Virus record (IMG/VR): IMGVR_UViG_3300020319_000005 | Span: 1 to 38,215 of that record | Strand: one strand, 5' to 3' | DNA length: 38,215 nt | Source of the DNA: a virus | Lineage: Duplodnaviria; Caudoviricetes | In this document: in pieces, positions 1 through 8,432 of the stretch | How positions within the stretch are numbered: position 1 is the stretch's first letter | Layout: the number at the start of each line of letters is the position of its first letter | The notes under the pieces: model-generated | Told to the model about the DNA's origin: nothing | Seen by the model: the letters and a program-made list of their open reading frames with translations, nothing else | Database searches by the model: none | Position numbers and translations under genes: made by a program

Positions 1-312
1 AGATGATACTGGTTGCACTTGGTCAAGGTGTGCCTTTGATAAGAAACCAAAGATACCCATAGATGTGATAAAAATTAATACTATAACTGCAAATGTTAAA
101 TACATTTTTATAGAATATGGTACTAACTTATTGCGCCAATTATTATATAACCAAGAGGCGGCAACTAATTTACCTACCTCTAATGCACTACCCATAGCAA
201 TAATAGGTACAACTGCACCTGCAAATAGTGTGGATAGACCTACAATAGAATAACCAGCGGCTATTACAGATATAGATATTGCACTTAAAAATGTTATTAA
301 TATTGTAAACAT
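1..312 (-). CDS. Multi-pass membrane protein, conserved phage hypothetical (3' end runs off the window)
   Basis: Hand translation from ATG at 312: MFTILITFLSAISISVIAAGYSIVGLSTLFAGAVVPIIAMGSALEVGKLVAASWLY...GIFGFLSKAHLDQ. Open to position 1, about 3 hydrophobic helices, starts 4 nt after the upstream stop. Confidence 0.8.
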   Translation of the reverse strand, partial: MFTILITFLSAISISVIAAGYSIVGLSTLFAGAVVPIIAMGSALEVGKLVAASWLYNNWRNKLVPYSIKMYLTFAVIVLIFITSMGIFGFLSKAHLDQVQPVSS

Positions 313-316
313 ATTA

Positions 317-1009
317 TTATTTAGATGATAATTCTTTTTCTATTTTTGACATCATATTAATAACTCTTGAAGCATAATCTGTTGTTGTAGAAAATGCCTT
401 TAAAGTTTTAATAAGTTTAACTGAATCTAATGGTTGATTTGTTGCTATCATTTTATCTCTCATTATTCTAAAGTCTTCATATGCTGGGTGTTCATTTAGT
501 AATCTAATATATTCTCTTACAGAATCACATTTAGTTTTAAACACTCTAACACCCCAACCTTGCCATTTTTCCATACCTAATGGTAATAAATGTGGTGCTG
601 TTGATTTAAATACTCTGATACCAAATAAATTATTAGCTTCTTTGGCAAATCTTGACATACCCCAACCTGACTCTAGCACAGCCTGACCAACTAACATTTC
701 TATTGGTACTCTTTTGTCAACTGGTGTTGTAAAGTTAATATAGTCAACACAATAACCTAATTCTTTTATAAATTCTTTCTTGTTCGTATATCTCATTTCT
801 TTTGATATTAGACCAAGATTTTGTGCCCATATAGTATGCTCTTGCCTTACTTCTTCGTTTGCCCATTTTTTAGCAATAGGGTTAGGATAAAATGTACCTA
901 CACCATATACAATTGCTAATACTAATATAGACCAAAATATTCTTTTAGCCCATAACCAAGTTTTTGAGTAAGGAAACTCTGCTATTTCTTTTTTGATTTT
1001 TTTAACCAT
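317..1009 (-). CDS. GH73 glucosaminidase (Bax/FlgJ-like peptidoglycan hydrolase) with N-terminal TM helix
   Basis: Motifs QAVLESGWG (catalytic Glu), NNLFGI, SVREYIRLLN, FSTTTDY (YATDPxY-like); TM segment IFWSILVLAIVYGVGTFY. Confidence 0.85.
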   Translation of the reverse strand: MVKKIKKEIAEFPYSKTWLWAKRIFWSILVLAIVYGVGTFYPNPIAKKWANEEVRQEHTIWAQNLGLISKEMRYTNKKEFIKELGYCVDYINFTTPVDKRVPIEMLVGQAVLESGWGMSRFAKEANNLFGIRVFKSTAPHLLPLGMEKWQGWGVRVFKTKCDSVREYIRLLNEHPAYEDFRIMRDKMIATNQPLDSVKLIKTLKAFSTTTDYASRVINMMSKIEKELSSK

Positions 1010-1340
1010 TAGCTCTCCTAATTACAATATAATCATAACTAGAAATCGACTCTGGCTCATTTTCGCCATATTCTGACCAAGTACCAATCTCAATGTTCTT
1101 ATTCTTTTTTTGAAAGAATTGTAAACCATTATTGTCCATATATTTAGACATGGTTTTAAAGATTTTTTCTGATTGTTTTTCAGTAAAATTATTCAATACA
1201 TCTGTAGCCCAATTACCAGTATAATAGGTCATTGTCTTATCAGAGCCTTCAATAAAATTATCTAATTTTTTGGGGACAGCACTAATAACTGATTTTAAAT
1301 AGTGGTCTAGTTCTTTTGACTTTTTTCTCACTTGTTGCAT
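1002..1340 (-). CDS. Hypothetical protein
   Basis: 112 aa ORF, SD GAGAGGA upstream, overlaps the next gene start. Confidence 0.75.
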   Translation of the reverse strand: MQQVRKKSKELDHYLKSVISAVPKKLDNFIEGSDKTMTYYTGNWATDVLNNFTEKQSEKIFKTMSKYMDNNGLQFFQKKNKNIEIGTWSEYGENEPESISSYDYIVIRRANG

Positions 1341-1355
1341 TATATATTCCTCTCA

Positions 1356-1655
1356 TTATAAACCTTTAATTAAAAACTTTTGTATCACATTTTTAGTAGG
1401 TATCACCGTTGTGTTACCACCATCTGATAGTTCATCATGCTCATCATAGTTATAATCACTCATCAAAACATGAACATCTTTATTCTCTTTTACCAACCAA
1501 CCAGTTGATACACAAATAGCAGGTTTTGACTTTTGTATTTCTTTTAAAGTTCGCCAACCTGAATCACTTTGAATATCCTCCCAATACACCATATAGAATT
1601 CAAACTCAAATGGTATGCCTGGTAGAACATCTGACTTCCTAACTTTTTTTGCCAT
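1356..1655 (-). CDS. Hypothetical phage protein (WxDI..SGW...C.S.GW motif family)
   Basis: 99 aa ORF in a packed operon; motif VYWEDIQSDSGW...CVSTGWLV. Confidence 0.75.
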   Translation of the reverse strand: MAKKVRKSDVLPGIPFEFEFYMVYWEDIQSDSGWRTLKEIQKSKPAICVSTGWLVKENKDVHVLMSDYNYDEHDELSDGGNTTVIPTKNVIQKFLIKGL

Positions 1656-1773
1656 TCTTTACACTTTCATATATTAATAAAGTTAAACATGCAAGAATTA
1701 AAATTACTAATTCTTGTGGCACATATACATAGATTGATTGTAAAATGTCGTTTATCATTTCTACTATATGCAT
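1639..1773 (-). CDS. Small membrane protein (44 aa)
   Basis: Hand translation MHIVEMINDILQSIYVYVPQELVILILACLTLLIYESVKNGKKS; fills the gap and overlaps both neighbours. Confidence 0.55.
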   Translation of the reverse strand: MHIVEMINDILQSIYVYVPQELVILILACLTLLIYESVKNGKKS

Positions 1774-2099
1774 TCCTTATCAGCAATTTTCGTGTCTTTT
1801 AACAACTCACACTTATATTTGCTGTCTGCTTTTAGTCTTAATTCAGCGGCTATACTCTCTAATATATTTGGCAAATGTTTCTCTAAAACATCTGTCATTT
1901 CTAAAGCAAAATTATATGCTAACTTTTGCATTTCTGCCTCTAATACAGAGGTATCTACATTATTACCACTTATTTTTTCTTTGATTATATGAGCTACAAC
2001 TGCTGTGTTATAGTCATCTGCTTTTACTGAATTTGCGAAAGCACTTAAACCAGCCCATATCGCCATATTCAATAATATAATAAACATCACTTTTTTCAT
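1764..2099 (-). CDS. Hypothetical exported protein (signal peptide)
   Basis: Start moved to MKKVMF (SD GAAAGGA); signal-like MKKVMFIILLNMAIWAGLSAFANSVKA. Confidence 0.75.
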   Translation of the reverse strand: MKKVMFIILLNMAIWAGLSAFANSVKADDYNTAVVAHIIKEKISGNNVDTSVLEAEMQKLAYNFALEMTDVLEKHLPNILESIAAELRLKADSKYKCELLKDTKIADKECI

Positions 2100-2116
2100 A
2101 ATATATCCTTTCTCAA

Positions 2117-2210
2117 TATTTATGGTACTACTATACACTATCCAGTATATAAAGCAAGCACTTTTTTCATAAAAAAAGCTGTTATTTTCTGCGATTTTAG
2201 GGGTGCGACA
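2117..2210 (-). promoter_or_regulatory. Early sigma70-like promoter with upstream conserved motif, plus possible late promoter CATAAATA (2117-2124)
   Basis: Minus strand TTGCTT-16 nt-TATAGT preceded by AAAAAAGTGC and TGTCGCACCCCTAAAA; a near-identical architecture recurs at 9691-9780. Confidence 0.7.
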
Positions 2211-2221
2211 AACTAGATGTT

Positions 2222-2755
2222 CTAGTTTTGTACTGGTTCCTCACGCAAAAACTTATCATTCCAACCAAATGCCTCTTTTACTACTGATTCTGTTAAACCT
2301 TTATACATTTTATTTAAAGATTTATTCTTCATACCAAGTAAAACTTTAGCTTCGTCTTGGTGTAATCCTTCTAACATTTGAATAAACATGGTTTCTTTTT
2401 GTGTTTTTGTAAGGTCATTGTCTGCGCCTTTTACAAAATGCCACAATCTCTTAGCTTCGTTTCTTAATAAACCGTGTTCAGTACCTATTGGTGCTTCGTT
2501 AGCAATATATGGTGGGTCACCTGCTGGTAAATCCCATACAATACTTGAATCAAATGCACCCTTTAAAACTTGTTTAAGTGGAGCACTTGCGTTTTGTTGC
2601 AATACTGCTATCTTTTTTGGTTTGTCTTTTGCGTTATTAACTTTTGTTAAAATCTCGGACATAAGTTGAACATTCTCACCAATACCTGATGTGGTATTTG
2701 TGGCTTTCATCATTGCCGGATTCATTAAATTTGGATTTCTTTGTTGTTCAGCCAT
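2222..2755 (-). CDS. Conserved T4-like marine phage hypothetical protein
   Basis: 177 aa; WDLPAGDPPY...KETMFIQMLEGLH pattern typical of cyanophage/pelagiphage core hypotheticals; SD GAAGGAG; late promoter upstream. Confidence 0.8.
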   Translation of the reverse strand: MAEQQRNPNLMNPAMMKATNTTSGIGENVQLMSEILTKVNNAKDKPKKIAVLQQNASAPLKQVLKGAFDSSIVWDLPAGDPPYIANEAPIGTEHGLLRNEAKRLWHFVKGADNDLTKTQKETMFIQMLEGLHQDEAKVLLGMKNKSLNKMYKGLTESVVKEAFGWNDKFLREEPVQN

Positions 2756-2778
2756 AATTTCTCCTTCAATTCATATTT

Positions 2779-2907
2779 CTATTTATACGACACCCATACT
2801 ACGAATACTAATGACATTATGAAACCTACTATTAATACATGGTTACCTAGGTTCCATGCACTTTTACCAACCGTATGGGGGTTTTTAGGGTCTATAAATT
2901 TGTTCAT
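2779..2907 (-). CDS. Small membrane protein (42 aa)
   Basis: MNKFIDPKNPHTVGKSAWNLGNHVLIVGFIMSLVFVVWVSYK; ATGA overlap with the upstream gene. Confidence 0.6.
   Translation of the reverse strand: MNKFIDPKNPHTVGKSAWNLGNHVLIVGFIMSLVFVVWVSYK
2780..2787 (-). promoter_or_regulatory. T4-type late promoter TATAAATA
   Basis: Exact consensus about 25 nt upstream of the ATG at 2755. Confidence 0.75.
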
Positions 2908-3113
2908 ATAAAATTTCTTTTACTATACCATTTGTAGAAAGCTTTATCTGTAAATAATTCTGCTATCTCTGATGGTGGTACTTGTTCAGTTTGTATGCAT
3001 GTTTCAAGACTTTCATATTCATAAGTATCAACTTTACGAGTCATTGTCTTATCTTTATGAGATTCAGCTAATGTCTGTACTAATCTTTGTTGTTTAGTTT
3101 TAGCAATTGTCAT
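2904..3113 (-). CDS. Hypothetical protein
   Basis: ORF track 2904-3131; the start at MTIAK (3113) is tentative. Confidence 0.7.
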   Translation of the reverse strand: MTIAKTKQQRLVQTLAESHKDKTMTRKVDTYEYESLETCIQTEQVPPSEIAELFTDKAFYKWYSKRNFI

Positions 3114-3228
3114 CTGGTGGTCCGTTATCATTATTGTCTTTATAATTACTATCTAAATTTTTTATAATAACCCATAATACTACAATTGATACAGGTACAC
3201 CTATAAAAAATAAACCTAATAATTCCAT
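3100..3228 (-). CDS. Small membrane protein (42 aa)
   Basis: MELLGLFFIGVPVSIVVLWVIIKNLDSNYKDNNDNGPPDDNC; TAATG coupling to the upstream gene. Confidence 0.6.
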   Translation of the reverse strand: MELLGLFFIGVPVSIVVLWVIIKNLDSNYKDNNDNGPPDDNC

Positions 3229-3443
3229 TAAAACTTCCTAACTATATGTTTTCTTAATGCTCTCACTAACTCCTCTAGTTTATCTATAACTCCGATTAAA
3301 TTAGGGTCTGTAATATAATTTTTTTGTTCTTTTAATTTGTCATACTCTTTTATAGAAATCTGTACCATTGGCGATAGGTCTCTATTACCCTCGTTTTCCA
3401 TGGTAGCGTCTAGGCCTCTTTGTTTCTCATCACTATCTGTCAT
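3228..3443 (-). CDS. Hypothetical protein
   Basis: 71 aa ORF, SD AAAAGG. Confidence 0.7.
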   Translation of the reverse strand: MTDSDEKQRGLDATMENEGNRDLSPMVQISIKEYDKLKEQKNYITDPNLIGVIDKLEELVRALRKHIVRKF

Positions 3444-3463
3444 AAAAACCTTTTTACCAGTTA

Positions 3464-3495
3464 AAGTGAAAACGGAGGACCTAGGGGCCCTCCGT
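3464..3495 (-). terminator. Rho-independent terminator
   Basis: ACGGAGGGCC-CCTA-GGTCCTCCGT hairpin followed by TTTCACTT, 13 nt after the stop at 3509. Confidence 0.7.
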
Positions 3496-3508
3496 CTCCT
3501 ATTTTTAA

Positions 3509-3811
3509 TTACGCCGAATAAGCGATTTGCTTACCGAATACAGCGTTGATACCAGCAGCTATAATAGCTTTTGATGGTGTTCCAACTCTGTAAGAAACGC
3601 CTTTTGATGTTCTATTCTCATAAATCATCATTCCTTCGTTTCTTAATTTACCAACCATTGCAGCTGGTGATTTAAGGTCGTAAGTGTTTCTCATTTGTTT
3701 CCAAGAAACATCTGAACCTTTTGCAAAAAGATTTCTCAATTTTGCTGTTTTTGAAAGTTTAGCTTTTGCCATAACTTCATCTCCTTTATTGTTGTTAAAA
3801 AAATTAAACAT
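3509..3811 (-). CDS. Small basic winged-helix-like DNA-binding protein
   Basis: VSWKQMRNTYDLKSPAAMVGKLRNEGMMIY...VSYRVG resembles phage wHTH; a second in-frame start at 3772 has its own SD. Confidence 0.65.
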   Translation of the reverse strand: MFNFFNNNKGDEVMAKAKLSKTAKLRNLFAKGSDVSWKQMRNTYDLKSPAAMVGKLRNEGMMIYENRTSKGVSYRVGTPSKAIIAAGINAVFGKQIAYSA

Positions 3812-3892
3812 TGTTTAATAGTCCTTTCTTTGAGTTTAATGTACTCCTACAATTGCCTGGCAAAGCATAGTTTACTAGTTTATCAGGCGAAT

Positions 3893-4372
3893 TCATTTTT
3901 TATCCGGGTCAAAGTCAGGTGTAAAGTGTATATCAGCCATATCTGCTAAATCTCTAACTTCGTCCTCTATATCTGGCGACAATGGTTTGTGTGGTTTGTG
4001 GTTTGTTGGTAATACTTTATTGTAATTTAACTGAGCAGTCTTCTTACTACCTTTAGCGTTCAAGGTTACCATTGCGTCTGTAAGTTGTTGTGCTGGATGT
4101 TTTTTACCAAAATCTCTGTAAATTAATCCTCTAATTGAATCTATAACTAATGCTAAATCAGCTGTAAATGTCATTTGACTAGTTCTAATACCCATATTCA
4201 CAAATTTATCTAATAATGTATAAGCAATATCATCAACATTGCCTTCCACAAATTCTTTAGTTTGTTCTTCAACTAATTTTTTGTGTGCTTTGTCGTCAAC
4301 AGGTTTTGACGCTGTTGTTTTATCTTTAATCCTATTTGTTGGAAATAATATGATGTTGTCTTTATCATTCAC
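3893..4372 (-). CDS. Hypothetical protein
   Basis: 159 aa, GTG start with SD AAAGGAG, NIILFP N-terminal motif common in T4-like hypotheticals. Confidence 0.75.
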   Translation of the reverse strand: MNDKDNIILFPTNRIKDKTTASKPVDDKAHKKLVEEQTKEFVEGNVDDIAYTLLDKFVNMGIRTSQMTFTADLALVIDSIRGLIYRDFGKKHPAQQLTDAMVTLNAKGSKKTAQLNYNKVLPTNHKPHKPLSPDIEDEVRDLADMADIHFTPDFDPDKK

Positions 4373-4631
4373 TTATAATCTCTCCTTTGAAATTCACTTT
4401 ACCTTTATCAGCAAAGTATTCTACTAACTGATTATAGCCACCAATTAACTCACCATCTATTTTTATTTGTGGCATAGTTCTAACATTTTTACCAATGTCT
4501 TCAAGCATTGCCTGTGGTGAATCAAACGACTCCATCATTTTTTCTTCGTAATCAAGGCCAAGTGTCTTTAACATATGTTTGGCCTTGGTACAATAGACGC
4601 AATTGTTTTTACTATAAACTATTATCGTCAT
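4365..4631 (-). CDS. nrdC: Glutaredoxin
   Basis: IIVYSKNNCVYC active site, RTMPQI, IGGY motifs. Confidence 0.93.
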   Translation of the reverse strand: MTIIVYSKNNCVYCTKAKHMLKTLGLDYEEKMMESFDSPQAMLEDIGKNVRTMPQIKIDGELIGGYNQLVEYFADKGKVNFKGEIISE

Positions 4632-5235
4632 CTTTTTTCTTTAGATTTTCCCATGCTTTTTGACTCTCACCATTTAAGTTGTAAGCGTCAACGGCTTGTT
4701 CAATAGTGTAATTAAACATCTTATTGTATTCGCCAAGAGGCAATCTCATGCCAATCCATGTTCTATAATAACCATTTTTAGTTAATGTAACATCTTGAGC
4801 AAAGATTTCGTAGCCTCTAACAGGTGTATCTGTAATAATATTTACTATTATTGTTTCAACCTCTGTTACCACGGTTTTAGTTTCTGTTTTACCAAGTTCT
4901 TTAATGAATTGTTTTGACTCTTTATTCATTTCACCCTTGATAATGTCTGCCAATTCTGATTTAGCCATCATTTTGGCTTTCTCTATTGACAATTGTAAAT
5001 CAGGCGAAACTGCTGTTGCAACACCAAAAATACATTGCTTATCATTGTCTGATTTCTTTAACCATTTAAGGTCGCAAGCTTTCGACTCATTGATATCAGC
5101 CATGTACCAAGCAGGCACTTTATCAACAACATTACCTTTCTCTGATTTAATCTTATAGGTACTATTCATACTAGAACATGCTGATAATCCAGCAACTGCT
5201 AATATAAGACCTATTGTTTTTAGTTTATTTTTCAT
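4612..5235 (-). CDS. Lipoprotein, LPP20-like
   Basis: Lipobox LSAC; VPAWY, FGVATAVSPDLQLSIEKAKMMAKSELA pattern. Confidence 0.75.
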   Translation of the reverse strand: MKNKLKTIGLILAVAGLSACSSMNSTYKIKSEKGNVVDKVPAWYMADINESKACDLKWLKKSDNDKQCIFGVATAVSPDLQLSIEKAKMMAKSELADIIKGEMNKESKQFIKELGKTETKTVVTEVETIIVNIITDTPVRGYEIFAQDVTLTKNGYYRTWIGMRLPLGEYNKMFNYTIEQAVDAYNLNGESQKAWENLKKKDDDNSL

Positions 5236-5378
5236 TATATTTTATCACTCTCCTTCATACTATAAACTAATTCTTGCAAAAAGTCAAGCGTGGATTGTAC
5301 ATATGCTAATGCGTCCTCACTTGATACTTCGTACATAATAACTAGTACGAGAGCAATAATGATTAAGTTTCTAATCAT
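5235..5378 (-). CDS. Small membrane protein (47 aa)
   Basis: MIRNLIIIALVLVIMYEVSSEDALAYVQSTLDFLQELVYSMKESDKI; ATGA and TAATG couplings at the two ends; SD GGGAGG. Confidence 0.7.
   Translation of the reverse strand: MIRNLIIIALVLVIMYEVSSEDALAYVQSTLDFLQELVYSMKESDKI
5259..5287 (-). promoter_or_regulatory. Sigma70-like promoter
   Basis: TTGACT-17 nt-TATAGT upstream of the lipoprotein gene. Confidence 0.7.
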
Positions 5379-5773
5379 CTTACCTCCCATTCACCATTTA
5401 CATCTAAACAAACTTTTCCTGGTGATTTAAAAGCATGTTTATTCCGACTATAATATCGGCAATATTCAGGTGTGCCTACATCACGATAATAGAATTGAGC
5501 AAATAACTCCCAATAACCTGGTGTTTCAATGCCTTTTTTACCATCAGCACACTCTAAAATTTCTCTTTTTGTAATAGTATCGCCTTCTTGCACTATTTCA
5601 ATTTTTACATAACAATACTGACCATCAACTTTATCTGGCGATATTGTTTTAATTTTGCTGTGTAAAACTTGTTCACCTGCAACTGCGATACCTGTAATTA
5701 CCATAAAGATAATTAATATAAAAGTCCATGTGAGATATCTTCTCATTCTCTCATAATTAAAAGGGTCAAGCAT
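5375..5773 (-). CDS. Membrane-anchored periplasmic protein with 4 Cys; C-terminus resembles the 17-kDa surface antigen motif
   Basis: TM LTWTFILIIFMVITGIAVA; C-terminus YCRYY...GKVCLDVNGEW. Confidence 0.7.
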   Translation of the reverse strand: MLDPFNYERMRRYLTWTFILIIFMVITGIAVAGEQVLHSKIKTISPDKVDGQYCYVKIEIVQEGDTITKREILECADGKKGIETPGYWELFAQFYYRDVGTPEYCRYYSRNKHAFKSPGKVCLDVNGEWEVR

Positions 5774-5933
5774 ATTTTTTCAATTCTTCAATACTTTGTT
5801 TTGTATTATATATCTCTTCTTCAAGATTGTCAATGGTGGATTGTTTGTTAGTAATTTCAATCTCCTCTTGTTTTTCTTTAACTTCGTTCTCTAATTGTTC
5901 TATTCTTTCACTATATCTATTTGTATAACTCAT
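5766..5933 (-). CDS. Small coiled-coil protein
   Basis: Start MSYTNR with ATGA overlap; heptad E/K-rich sequence. Confidence 0.65.
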   Translation of the reverse strand: MSYTNRYSERIEQLENEVKEKQEEIEITNKQSTIDNLEEEIYNTKQSIEELKKYA

Positions 5934-6430
5934 CTTTTTTCTATCCATCTTCCATCTGGTAACTGACAAGCAGTACCAAATACAACTTCTCTATTTACAC
6001 CACCAATACCAACTAACGGCCAACTATTGGTAATATCTATTGTAGCGTCATAATCTTTACATTTAAATGGCCCCTCTAGGTAAGACCTAGTAACATGTAT
6101 AATACCAGAATTACCTGTTTTCTTATTATACCAATTTGTATAACTAGAACCAGTATCACTTGTATTTAAATGGTCTACAAATACTGCGTTGTGTACATCA
6201 TAATCTGAATTGTACATTAATTCTGCACCTGCAAAAGCACCTGTAATAGCACACGCACCGGTAACATAAGGGTCTGAAGCACCTGCTGTAATACAAGCAG
6301 TTATACCTGTTGCACCACCTGATACTGCACCAACATGACTTCTATTCAAAGAGCTGCAATTGGTCAGGAACACCAATGATAGTCCTAATAATAGAACCGA
6401 TTGGATTGATTTCATATTTACCTTCTTCAT
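5930..6430 (-). CDS. Glycine-zipper lipoprotein, rickettsial 17-kDa surface antigen-like
   Basis: Lipobox LTNC, Gly/Ala-rich zipper, WYNKKTGNSG and CKDY...GTACQLPDGRW motifs. Confidence 0.8.
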   Translation of the reverse strand: MKKVNMKSIQSVLLLGLSLVFLTNCSSLNRSHVGAVSGGATGITACITAGASDPYVTGACAITGAFAGAELMYNSDYDVHNAVFVDHLNTSDTGSSYTNWYNKKTGNSGIIHVTRSYLEGPFKCKDYDATIDITNSWPLVGIGGVNREVVFGTACQLPDGRWIEKR

Positions 6431-6678
6431 TCTTTTTCATTGATGAACACGCCGTCATGGTCAATGCCAGAATAGTCACCATAATTATTTTTTTCATAGT
6501 CATTTATATTTGTAAAAAATTCTTTATCAACTTTACCTTTTGCAACTAATAAACAATCAGATTGTATAACTTCTATTTTATTTTTTAAATTAGGGTCAGA
6601 TGGCGGAGTTTTTCTTAAATCATCCGCCATGGACTTAATAGAATCAATCTTATCACAAAATTGTTTAATAGTATGCAT
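6427..6678 (-). CDS. Hypothetical protein
   Basis: 83 aa, translationally coupled on both sides. Confidence 0.7.
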   Translation of the reverse strand: MHTIKQFCDKIDSIKSMADDLRKTPPSDPNLKNKIEVIQSDCLLVAKGKVDKEFFTNINDYEKNNYGDYSGIDHDGVFINEKE

Positions 6679-6944
6679 TAGTCTTTTTTATTAAACATTG
6701 TGAAAGGCCATTTAGTTTTCATTTCAGCCCAACTTTTCTTTTGATACTCTTTTGTTTTATCAACTTCATTTGTAATAAAGTTACCAACTTTACCTGGTAC
6801 TTCACTTACAGCTGTAGCAAACTCTTTAGGTGTTATTGATTTGTTTTCATTTGCATTTGCATGATTAGCTGCTAAAGCCATACCAAGTACAAATACTGCA
6901 ATTACCCAAATTGTAGGTAAATTATCAAGTATGTATTTCTTCAC
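6678..6944 (-). CDS. Hypothetical exported/membrane protein
   Basis: GTG start with SD GGGAGG; signal-like IWVIAVFVLGMALAANHANA. Confidence 0.7.
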   Translation of the reverse strand: MKKYILDNLPTIWVIAVFVLGMALAANHANANENKSITPKEFATAVSEVPGKVGNFITNEVDKTKEYQKKSWAEMKTKWPFTMFNKKD

Positions 6945-7318
6945 ACTTTCCTCCCTGCTGTTTTTAGGTCACTCTTATTAACCACCATATAAGGACCCTT
7001 GTTATATGCCGGTACGATAGTAAAGTTTTTACTTGCTTCTATCTTCCAAGAATTGTCAGGTTTTGTACCACCTGAACCAATTTTATTTGATAACGGTACA
7101 TCTGATAATGTAGTATCTCTCATAGTTCTTTCTGCAATATCAATTGAATATCTACCGTCTGTTGTTAAGTTAATTCTACCATTATCATCACAATCAAAAC
7201 CAAGTTTTTTTAGAAACTTGACATGTTTTTGTAATGCCTCTAGGTAACTCTTCGTAGGTTTTCTTTTCTTAGCCTTACGAATAGCACCACTAGATTGATT
7301 TGTGTAAATAATAGCCAT
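6941..7318 (-). CDS. Conserved T4-like hypothetical (PAYNKGPY motif)
   Basis: FTIVPAYNKGPYMVV motif recurrent in T4-like phages. Confidence 0.75.
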   Translation of the reverse strand: MAIIYTNQSSGAIRKAKKRKPTKSYLEALQKHVKFLKKLGFDCDDNGRINLTTDGRYSIDIAERTMRDTTLSDVPLSNKIGSGGTKPDNSWKIEASKNFTIVPAYNKGPYMVVNKSDLKTAGRKV

Positions 7319-7620
7319 TAGTTAACTGATACTTTTTCTGATTTTTCGTATTCTGATTCGCCCATTTTCTCAGCAAATGTTTTACCAAATACTTTTAAAT
7401 AAAAATGGTCTCTTGGATTAGGCGCTGACCATGCCTCTTTTAGATTGGTAAAGTTAATATCAAGACCAGTATAATATTCTGGATGTTGTTTTCTTAACTC
7501 TATATGGTCTGTAAAGAATTGAATACGATTGTCGTATTTCTCTTTCTTGCCTTTAGTATCTTTGGTTGTTGCAACTTGAAACTCTTTGAATAAGTTGTCT
7601 TTGTCGTATCTAAAACTCAT
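7318..7620 (-). CDS. Hypothetical early protein
   Basis: 100 aa, SD GAAAGG, directly behind a strong promoter. Confidence 0.75.
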   Translation of the reverse strand: MSFRYDKDNLFKEFQVATTKDTKGKKEKYDNRIQFFTDHIELRKQHPEYYTGLDINFTNLKEAWSAPNPRDHFYLKVFGKTFAEKMGESEYEKSEKVSVN

Positions 7621-7649
7621 AATATAATGCCTTTCTCAATTTAGTTTAT

Positions 7650-7678
7650 ACTATACAGGAAAATGTCTTATTTGTCAA
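7650..7678 (-). promoter_or_regulatory. Strong sigma70-like early promoter
   Basis: TTGACA-17 nt-TATAGT in the intergenic gap. Confidence 0.85.
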
Positions 7679-7699
7679 GCCCCTGTAAAATTGTTGATT

Positions 7700-7957
7700 T
7701 CACTTGCTTTTCTCTCCAGTAATGTCGCCAGGATGCGCCAGGAATGGCGAATCAGAGCTGTCGTGTATGTCCGTACCCTCTAAATATGCGTCTTTTTGCG
7801 CTTCTGCGTCTGCCCACTTCTCAAACTCTTCTACTTCCAGTTGATATCCTGCAATCTTCTCATTGCATTTATCCACAATCATATATCTTGGTTTTTGGTC
7901 ATCAACCATTTGTTTAATTTCTTTTAGGTCATCCATAAATTTTAATGTATCAATCAT
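7700..7957 (-). CDS. Hypothetical protein
   Basis: 85 aa, SD AAGGAG, ATGA overlap. Confidence 0.7.
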   Translation of the reverse strand: MIDTLKFMDDLKEIKQMVDDQKPRYMIVDKCNEKIAGYQLEVEEFEKWADAEAQKDAYLEGTDIHDSSDSPFLAHPGDITGEKSK

Positions 7958-8175
7958 TTCACACTCCTTTTTAAATCGTCCCTATTGTTTACAAATACTC
8001 TAATTAATCTTGAAACATCTACCGTTTCCTCTTTTAATGTTTTAGGATTTATAAAAATAACTCTACTATCATTTACCTTTAAAGATTTGTGTTCAACATT
8101 ATCATCAACCACTACGGCACTATCGGTGTTTTTACGCCAATCGTGTGATGAATAACCTAATATATCTTCACTCAT
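7954..8175 (-). CDS. Hypothetical protein
   Basis: 73 aa, SD GAGG, ATGA overlap. Confidence 0.7.
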   Translation of the reverse strand: MSEDILGYSSHDWRKNTDSAVVVDDNVEHKSLKVNDSRVIFINPKTLKEETVDVSRLIRVFVNNRDDLKRSVK

Positions 8176-8432
8176 TTTTTATCCTCACTTGACATTAATA
8201 ATACAATGTAATGTATTGCTTTTAACAAGTCTTTTCTATTACGACCTGCTTTCTTACCAAATCTGCAAAGATACTTAATAGCATTTGCTTGGCAAAAATC
8301 TTTATCAATATTCAAGTGTCTTAACATATCTTGAACCTGGAAACCATCTTTTGTGGTACTATAATGTTCACCATAAGTACCTTTTATGTAATCGTGTATT
8401 TCTTTTATTATTTTATCTTCATTATATTTCAT
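8172..8432 (-). CDS. DUF3310 family protein (T7 gp1.7-like putative nucleotide kinase)
   Basis: HY...FCQANAIKYLCRFGKKAG...DLLKAIHY signature. Confidence 0.8.
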   Translation of the reverse strand: MKYNEDKIIKEIHDYIKGTYGEHYSTTKDGFQVQDMLRHLNIDKDFCQANAIKYLCRFGKKAGRNRKDLLKAIHYIVLLMSSEDKK

